Assembly (NCBI GenBank): GCA_001766815.1
Contig: LYOS01000006.1
Span: 20,147 to 52,146, forward strand
From: Candidatus Syntropharchaeum caldarium
GTDB taxonomy: Archaea; Halobacteriota; Syntropharchaeia; Syntropharchaeales; Syntropharchaeaceae
Length of the DNA: 32,000 bases
Direction of reading: 5' to 3'
The notes beneath the pieces were generated by a model that had not been told where the DNA came from, searched no databases, and saw nothing but the letters and a program-made list of their open reading frames with translations. The position numbers were made by a program, and so were the translations under genes. Of this stretch, positions 26,860-32,000 are shown in pieces (the first letter of the stretch is position 1; the number at the start of each line of letters is the position of its first letter).

Positions 26860-27555
26860 ATGTTCGATGAACATTCTAAAAATGATCTATCTGTGAAGGA
26901 TTATGTTACTAAGCTGTTTGAGTATGGTAAATACGAACAGCTGAGGGTGATCGATGAAGTACTGAACAGTACAGATAAACGAGGAGTTCGGGGCGTATAT
27001 GAGATCACTGAAGAGCAAAAGAGACCGCGAAAATTTGAGCCCTACCCTGGCATCATAGAAGAGCATGAAAATTATATCGCCATTTCACCTGCTGTGATAG
27101 ATGAATTAAGTGATGTTATTAACAGCGAAAAAGAAAAAAGAACGGCTGATCTGAGAAATGCTGTATCGAAAAAAATAGAGGAACTACAACAAAAAAAACC
27201 TGGCGTTGAGGTCGATCATGTGGATGAGAGAATGTTGAAGATCAAATCACAGGACGACATGCCACTGTATATTTATATATCAACATGGCTAATTCGAAGC
27301 GATTTTAAAAAGACTTTTGATGATGACTCACATCTTGTAATTTCAGTTACACATCAGCCAGTTCATTCTATTGTGAATTTTGTCGATGAGAACCAGAGTT
27401 TATTCGATTCCTTACTGGCAATTTCGTTTTATGAAAGTGATTATCCCGAGACGAAATCGTTTATAAGGGTTTTGCGGGGCTATAAACATCCGTTGCTGAA
27501 TGAAATTTTTGTCGGATCCGCGTACTCATACTTCAATCGGATAAGTATGTGGTAG
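26860..27555 (+). CDS. hypothetical protein (231 aa), no recognisable domain
   Basis: This is a long ORF in AT-rich DNA with a purine-rich stretch (gagaggaatgaataATG) upstream. It is acidic and Lys-rich with a central coiled-coil-like EKEKRTADLRNAVSKKIEELQQKK. I recognised no family. Confidence 0.5.
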   Translation: MFDEHSKNDLSVKDYVTKLFEYGKYEQLRVIDEVLNSTDKRGVRGVYEITEEQKRPRKFEPYPGIIEEHENYIAISPAVIDELSDVINSEKEKRTADLRNAVSKKIEELQQKKPGVEVDHVDERMLKIKSQDDMPLYIYISTWLIRSDFKKTFDDDSHLVISVTHQPVHSIVNFVDENQSLFDSLLAISFYESDYPETKSFIRVLRGYKHPLLNEIFVGSAYSYFNRISMW

Positions 27556-27707
27556 AGGAGAACTGCCTTCAGCAGACCAGTTTGGTGAAGTCTTTATCAA
27601 AGGCATCTTGTAGAGCTGTACATCATGGGGGTTCAGATTGAGTGAGCTCTTTCACACTACCGAAAAACATAAGTGAAAACAAAAAAGCTTATCAAAAATT
27701 AGAAAAA

Positions 27708-27717
27708 CTTTAAATAC
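27708..27717 (+). promoter_or_regulatory. TATA-like box upstream of the disrupted hsdM 5' region
   Basis: ctttaaatac follows an A-rich tract and lies about 10-20 nt upstream of where the hsdM-related reading frame opens (27726). Pattern only. Confidence 0.25.
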
Positions 27718-27725
27718 TGGTATAA

Positions 27726-28308
27726 CTGAGTCCCTTTATAAACCATACTGAAGCCAAGCTCCCAAAGTGGCTTGAGAGCAGATATTCAATACTATGGGAT
27801 GCTTTTGCTGATTCAAACTTCAGAATGGAGGATGCTGCAAAGGTTTTAGAGGAGAAGAAAAAGATAGCAGGGATCAGGTTGGTGTAATTCTTTCTGAGCT
27901 TAGAAAAAATGATTGGCTACAGGTAGAGCTTGATCCAGAGGATGCAAGAAAAAGACTTTACAGGCTTAAAAGCAAGGAAGAAATTATATCTGAAACTATT
28001 TCTCTCAAGAATAACAGGCTAACAAGGGGCGAGATCGAGGTTCTCTTGAAGAGGGCAGCAGATCTTATACGCACAGGGTTGACTACACCTTCATCCTTGT
28101 CCTTCTCTTCTACAAGAGGATCAGCGATAAGTGGGAGATTGAGTATGAAAGAGCTTATAAAGAGGCTCTTGAGGATGGATTCAGTGAGGAGGAGGCAAGA
28201 GAAGAAGCAAAAAGCTCAATCTATCACGATTTTGACCTTCCTGAGGAGTTTCTGTGGGAGAAGATCAGAAAGTATCCATCTAAATTATCAGAAAACTTCT
28301 CTAAAGCG
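27726..28308 (+). pseudogene. hsdM: frameshift-disrupted 5' part of hsdM (wHTH-like extension plus HsdM N-terminal domain)
   Basis: One coherent protein can only be read by joining three frames. Frame A (27726-27887) reads ..LPKWLESRYSILWDAFADSNFRMEDAAKVLEEKKK. Frame B (open 27812-28312, with no start codon before 28046) reads DSRDQVGVILSELRKNDWLQVELDPEDARKRLYRLKSKEE...TRGEIEVLLKRAADLIRT. Frame C (open from 28015, continuous with 28309..29511) reads VDYTFILVLLFYKRISDKWEIEYE.... The last two pieces together give the HsdM_N signature (L.KAAD.LR....Y....L.LLF.KRISD). Confidence 0.6.
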
Positions 28309-29511
28309 ATGAAAGCGATTGCTGAGAGAAATCCAGAGCTTAGAGATGTCTTTGAGAATATCGATTTCCTTCAGTTCACATCAAGCAGGGAGAATACAGA
28401 GATGCTGGGACAGCTTGTTGAGATCTTCAGCGCAAAACCCCTCCATCATGTATCCCCTGATATACTTGGGGATGCCTATGAGTGGATTCTGCATTACTTC
28501 GCCCCACAGAAGGCAAAGGAAGGGGAGGTTTACACACCGAGGGAGGTTATAAAGCTCCTGGTCGAGATACTCGATCCAGAGCCTGAAGAGAGCGTGTATG
28601 ATCCAGCCTGTGGATCTGGGGGCATGCTCATAATCTCATACAGGCACGTTGAGAATTTGCATGGTAAAGAAGGAGCGGAAAAGCTGTTTCTCTTCGGACA
28701 GGAGGCAAATCCAAAGACACTTGCCCTTTCAAAGATGAACCTGTATATCCATGATATAAGAAATGCCCAGCTTGCACACGGCGATACCCTGCTCTATCCA
28801 AAGTTCAAAGAAGGTGATGGGCAGAAGAGGTTTGATATCGTCATAGCAAACCCACCCTGGAATCAGGACGGCTACAGTGAGAATGAGCTTAAGAAGGGTG
28901 AGTTCTGGAATAAGCGGTTCAGATATGGCTTTACTCCAAAGCAGTCTGCAGACTGGGCATGGATCCAGCACATGATCGCATCTGCAGACGAGGATGGAAG
29001 GGTTGGAGTTGTTATTGACAATGGCTGTCTCTTCAGGGGTGGGAAGGAGAAGGCGATAAGGAAAGGAATACTGAGGGATGATCTGGTTGAGTGTGTTATT
29101 CTGCTCCCTGAAAAGCTCTTCTACAACACTGGGGCACCAGGGGCTGTACTCATTTTCAAAAAGAATAAGCCTGATGAGAGAAAAGGCAAGGTTCTCTTTA
29201 TCAATGCATCAAATGAGTATGAGCAGCATCCTGAAGTGAGAAAGCTCAATCGCTTAGGAGATGAACACATTGAGAAGATCGCCAGTGCCTATCGAGAATT
29301 TAAGGAAATGGATGGGTTTACAAGGGTTGTTGACCTTGAAGAGATCAAAGAGAATGATTACAACCTGAATGTAACCCTGTATGTCTTTCCAGAGGAGGAA
29401 GTTGAGGAGATTGATGTCGGCAAGGAATGGGAGGAGCTTAAGAGGATTGAAGGAGAGATAATGGAGGTTGAGGAGAGGATTGAGGGGTATTTGAGGGAGG
29501 TTGGGGTTTGA
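28309..29511 (+). CDS. hsdM: type I restriction-modification N6-adenine DNA methyltransferase subunit (catalytic part)
   Basis: It has TPREVIKLLVEILDP, motif I DPACGSGGML, motif IV IANPPWN, and a Glu-rich coiled-coil C-terminus. The frame stays open upstream to 28015 with no start codon (see the pseudogene entry). Confidence 0.9.
   Translation: MKAIAERNPELRDVFENIDFLQFTSSRENTEMLGQLVEIFSAKPLHHVSPDILGDAYEWILHYFAPQKAKEGEVYTPREVIKLLVEILDPEPEESVYDPACGSGGMLIISYRHVENLHGKEGAEKLFLFGQEANPKTLALSKMNLYIHDIRNAQLAHGDTLLYPKFKEGDGQKRFDIVIANPPWNQDGYSENELKKGEFWNKRFRYGFTPKQSADWAWIQHMIASADEDGRVGVVIDNGCLFRGGKEKAIRKGILRDDLVECVILLPEKLFYNTGAPGAVLIFKKNKPDERKGKVLFINASNEYEQHPEVRKLNRLGDEHIEKIASAYREFKEMDGFTRVVDLEEIKENDYNLNVTLYVFPEEEVEEIDVGKEWEELKRIEGEIMEVEERIEGYLREVGV
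29476..29493 (+). repeat. direct repeat copy 1 (hsdM 3' end), partner at 30397..30414
   Basis: AGGATTGAGGGGTATTTG here versus AGGATTGAGGAGTATTTG at the partner site, 17/18 identical. Both are in frame, encoding RIEGYL and RIEEYL, and each ends 5-6 codons before a stop. Confidence 0.8.
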
Positions 29512-29572
29512 TAGAGGTACAAAAGAAGATGATCAAAACCGGAAAGATGACTGTAAACTCGCAGAAGTCGAT

Positions 29573-29635
29573 ATGGTCTCAGAGGAGTGGGTTTGGAGAG
29601 AGTTGATAGGTTATGGGAAGGAAAGTAAAAGATAG
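29573..29635 (+). pseudogene. hsdS: relic hsdS 5' end (20-codon stub)
   Basis: The stub MVSEEWVWRELIGYGKESKR* parallels the N-terminus of the intact hsdS at 31734 (..IPEEWEVVRLGEVITYVKGKK). It shares the exact 12-mer CAGAGGAGTGGG (29580-29591 versus 31786-31797). Confidence 0.45.
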
Positions 29636-30350
29636 AGAAGATGATGATAGGAAAAAGATGACGATCGGGGAACTGAACAAAATTTACTATGGACCTGATA
29701 GGGATGGTAGAAATGTATCGGTAAATGAAATAAAAGGATATGAGGACTTCCAGAGGGGCCGTATCCTTTCTCCATTAAGAGAAAAAGATGTTAAACGATT
29801 CTTTGCTCCCATTGGTGAGGTTGAAAAAATACCAAGAAACAACCAGAAGAAGACCAATGACTTTAAGATAGAGAGTGAGAAACTTATGATAGAGGTAAAG
29901 TCAATAAACACAACCGTTAATGCAACTGGAGAGCAGGACGAAGATGGAAACATCCCGATTAACTTACCTGGAAATGAAAACAAGTTTATCGAAAGAATAA
30001 ATAGATGTATAGAACTTGCAGAAGCGAAAGAAGACGCCCCTGAAGACTATAAGAAGGTCGTTGTCATACATCTTGACCCTGTGATGCTTGGACTTAACCC
30101 TGATCTTCCGGATAAGGTATTTCATCCCGAGTTTATTAAAAAGACAAGTTTTATCTATAGTTCTCTTGATGGTTTGATCTTTTTGCCACCAAAAATTGGA
30201 TTCATCAAAAGTTATGGAGAGACACCACCAGGACCGATATGTTACAGACCGATAGGTTACGTGAAAGGTCATAAGATGATGGAATTGCTGAGTAAAATCA
30301 ATGAATTGGAAGTAAAGCTTTTGGAGGATGAAGATGACGCGAAGATATGA
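29613..30350 (+). CDS. hypothetical protein with PD-(D/E)xK-like nuclease motif (245 aa)
   Basis: TNDFKIESEKLMIEVKSIN carries D83...E94-V-K96. This has the D-x(10)-E-x-K spacing and the hydrophobic-EVKS strand typical of Hjc/NucS/restriction-endonuclease-fold proteins. An alternative start is ATG 29658 (MTIGELNK). No family name was recognised. Confidence 0.55.
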   Translation: MGRKVKDREDDDRKKMTIGELNKIYYGPDRDGRNVSVNEIKGYEDFQRGRILSPLREKDVKRFFAPIGEVEKIPRNNQKKTNDFKIESEKLMIEVKSINTTVNATGEQDEDGNIPINLPGNENKFIERINRCIELAEAKEDAPEDYKKVVVIHLDPVMLGLNPDLPDKVFHPEFIKKTSFIYSSLDGLIFLPPKIGFIKSYGETPPGPICYRPIGYVKGHKMMELLSKINELEVKLLEDEDDAKI

Positions 30351-30435
30351 TCGAGCAGGGTATGAGGGGGCCCTGAAAGGAAAAGACAGGCTTGGAAGGA
30401 TTGAGGAGTATTTGGATGAATTAAGGAGGTTATAG
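30334..30435 (+). pseudogene. relic hsdM 3' end, or a 33-aa coupled micro-ORF
   Basis: It reads MTRRYDRAGYEGALKGKDRLGRIEEYLDELRRL*. GGAGGA lies 5 nt upstream. It contains repeat copy 2 (30397-30414) of the hsdM terminus. Its TAG overlaps the GTG of the next gene by 1 nt (TAGTG at 30433-30437). Confidence 0.4.
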
Positions 30436-30644
30436 TGTCTTTAAAAATTATTCTTAATCTCTTTATTGATCATCCCTTGGCAGCGATCATTTCTCTATTA
30501 TTTGGTGGCGGGATTTTATTTGGACTTATTGGAGGATTAACAGGAATAGAGTTTTTCTTAGATCATTGGATGACATTGATTGGTTTAGGCGCTTTAATCA
30601 TTCTGCTAAGTTTTGCGTTGGAATTATTAAGAGAGGGATATTGA
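30435..30644 (+). CDS. small membrane protein, two predicted TM helices (69 aa)
   Basis: The start is GTG, preceded by AAGGAGG. The sequence has two hydrophobic Gly-rich segments: PLAAIISLLFGGGILFGLIGGLTGI and WMTLIGLGALIILLSFALELL. Its stop TGA abuts the next ATG (TGAATG). Confidence 0.6.
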   Translation: MSLKIILNLFIDHPLAAIISLLFGGGILFGLIGGLTGIEFFLDHWMTLIGLGALIILLSFALELLREGY

Positions 30645-31733
30645 ATGGAGAGTAACTATATAAATCAGACTCCAAAAAAATGGGGGGAGTTGAGTGCAAA
30701 CACAAAGACAAAAGATGAGATAAAACTTGAAGTCTATTCAGATGAAATAAACAGAGTCAAATTATCTATTGATAACTCGGTCTGGATGTATATAGGAGCG
30801 CTTTTTGTTCCGATAAACTTCAAGGATTATTGCCTTACGAAGCTAAATAATTTACGATGTGTGAAATATGGAAACTGGCACGATGAAGAATCGGAATGTC
30901 CCCAACAATGTGGCTTCCATGAGGATAACGATACAGAAATCCACTATAAAAACCTGCATAAATCTAAATCCGATGCAGGGCCCAAGATAGCCAAAAACTG
31001 GATAAATAAGTTTATGATTCAAGAAAGCTGTCAAAAACATCGCAAACCGGTTTATTTAAACATCCTTGGTTTAAATCTCTCAAATATGAACCTTGAACTA
31101 TTCGGGGAAAATAAAGGTCGTGATCTCACGATCTACAATCGATTCTATAGGTCCGTATTGAAAGGTGGCATTAATTATTTCTTTAGGGATTACAGAAGAA
31201 TCACAATACGCCAAATATACCATGACAAAGGAAGTCAGGAGACACATGAGCTATTTTCATGGCACCCGATTTATAGGATTGGTTTAGAGAGTGAAAAAAT
31301 AAAGATAGAAAGGGATGAAATCGAATTTATCGATTCAGATCATAGAAAAAGTGGAAAAAAAGAATCGCACTTCATACAATTGATAGACCTAATCTTGGGT
31401 GCTACATACGTCTGCCTCCATAACCCATCCGATAGAAGAGAGAAGAAAGAGGTTGGTCTTGCCTTTAAACCGGCGTTAACGGTACTACTTGACCGCAAGA
31501 AAAACCCGAACAACAATTACATGGAAGGTTCTTACTACCACAGTAATTATTACAGGACATATCAGATATCTTTCTTTCCTAAAAAGAAGATGGAACTTGA
31601 TGAAATCTTTAATCAACTGGATGTATATGGTAATCAAATGACTGAAAATATGAGAATTGAGGATAATTTCTATTACGATCGCCCCATTTTGCTCACCGAC
31701 CCATCTCAACGTGATTTAACAGGGTGGTTCTAA
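30645..31733 (+). CDS. hypothetical 362-aa protein with Cys/His cluster and QLxDLIxG motif (possibly a distant DUF3800-like protein)
   Basis: It has C72-x6-H79-x5-C85-x3-C89-x2-H92 (CVKYGNWHDEESECPQQCGFH) and FIDSDHRKSGKKESHFIQLIDLILGATY (aa 228-255). The latter resembles the C-terminal DS...QLaDliaG motif I recall for DUF3800, but the N-terminal DES motif is absent (MYIGALFVP). Its stop TAA abuts the hsdS ATG. Confidence 0.6.
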   Translation: MESNYINQTPKKWGELSANTKTKDEIKLEVYSDEINRVKLSIDNSVWMYIGALFVPINFKDYCLTKLNNLRCVKYGNWHDEESECPQQCGFHEDNDTEIHYKNLHKSKSDAGPKIAKNWINKFMIQESCQKHRKPVYLNILGLNLSNMNLELFGENKGRDLTIYNRFYRSVLKGGINYFFRDYRRITIRQIYHDKGSQETHELFSWHPIYRIGLESEKIKIERDEIEFIDSDHRKSGKKESHFIQLIDLILGATYVCLHNPSDRREKKEVGLAFKPALTVLLDRKKNPNNNYMEGSYYHSNYYRTYQISFFPKKKMELDEIFNQLDVYGNQMTENMRIEDNFYYDRPILLTDPSQRDLTGWF

Positions 31734-32000
31734 ATGAATCTCAAGGAAGAATCTGGATACAAACAAACTCCAATCGGCAAAATTCCAGAGGAGTGGGAGG
31801 TTGTTAGACTTGGAGAAGTTATAACTTACGTTAAGGGTAAGAAACCAGAGATCATGGTAGAAGAATACCAAGAAGAATGCTTGCCATACCTTTCAACTGA
31901 TTATTTAAGAAATGGGAAAGCTACGCAGTTTGTTAGAATTACAGGAAGTGAAATTGTAGTAGAGGAAGGAGATATCATATTATTATGGGACGGCTCTAAT
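31734..32000 (+). CDS. hsdS: type I R-M specificity subunit, 5' part (runs off window end)
   Basis: Absent from the ORF track because there is no stop in the window. My translation reads MNLKEESGYKQTPIGKIPEEWEVVRLGEVITYVKGKKPE...GDIILLWDGSN, which is the typical HsdS TRD1 opening (P.(E/G)W....LGE...........GD.L....GS.). Confidence 0.85.
   Translation, partial: MNLKEESGYKQTPIGKIPEEWEVVRLGEVITYVKGKKPEIMVEEYQEECLPYLSTDYLRNGKATQFVRITGSEIVVEEGDIILLWDGSN

Noticed and set aside
28046-28312. 88-aa ORF (MKRAADLIRTGLTTPSSLSFSS...) as an independent gene.
   Set aside because: Only its first ~10 codons (KRAADLIRT) make sense as HsdM_N. The rest is an out-of-frame reading of the hsdM frame, which encodes VDYTFILVLLFYKRISDKW. 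I treated it as part of the frameshifted hsdM 5' region.
29390-29511. Strongly purine-rich (GA) tract with multiple GGAGG-like units at the hsdM 3' end, considered as a regulatory or repeat element.
   Set aside because: It is fully explained by Glu/Gly/Arg/Lys codons of a coiled-coil C-terminus (EEEVEEIDVGKEWEELKRIEGEIMEVEERIEGYLRE). Only the terminal 18-mer has a second copy, and that is reported separately.
26704-32000. Calling the AT-rich region a mobile element, integrated virus or plasmid.
   Set aside because: There is no integrase, transposase, att-like flanking repeat or tRNA target within the window. Only a compositional and gene-content shift is visible.

Overview
This is an archaeal chromosomal segment. 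Gene content suggests a methanogen or Methanosarcinales-like euryarchaeon: class III signal peptide, archaeal-type GluRS, MthK-like channel, TET/M42 peptidase, NfnAB, and a tRNA without encoded CCA. That taxonomic call is inference only.

Positions 1-26.7 kb are GC-richer core genome with tightly packed, often overlapping genes:
- A minus-strand operon of cobT, a TrpD-like phosphoribosyltransferase paralogue and a Zn-ADH.
- A minus-strand run of Cas4-like, DUF167 and Toprim genes.
- larA, trxB, tRNA-Ser(UGA), a LeuA/CimA-family synthase and tatD.
- Two convergent CBS-domain genes (wHTH-CBS and CBS-ParB), then panE.
- A five-gene K+/cation homeostasis block at 11.7-17.7 kb: MthK-like channel, soluble RCK protein, Kef-type CPA2-RCK antiporter, RCK-USP-USP fusion, and a bare CPA2 antiporter.
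- gltX and an M42 peptidase.
- A large pilin-like, sequon-rich surface protein, an SNase-like nuclease, argD, DUF99 and nfnAB.

From about 26.7 kb to the window end the sequence is visibly AT-richer and looks accessory. It carries an orphan 231-aa ORF and a mosaic, partly decayed type I R-M locus:
- The hsdM N-terminal region is broken by two frameshifts.
- hsdM and hsdS are separated by about 2.2 kb instead of abutting.
- That gap holds a same-strand, translationally coupled cassette: a PD-(D/E)xK-like protein, a 2-TM 69-aa protein, and a 362-aa Cys/His-cluster protein with a QLxDLIxG motif.
- The cassette is interleaved with a relic hsdS 5' end and a relic hsdM 3' end (17/18-nt and 12/12-nt direct repeats).

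The R-M-embedded cassette is my best candidate for an undescribed defence or abortive-infection-like module. I found no CRISPR array, rRNA, integrase or transposase. All functional calls rest on motifs I recognised by eye in the translations. No database search was run.
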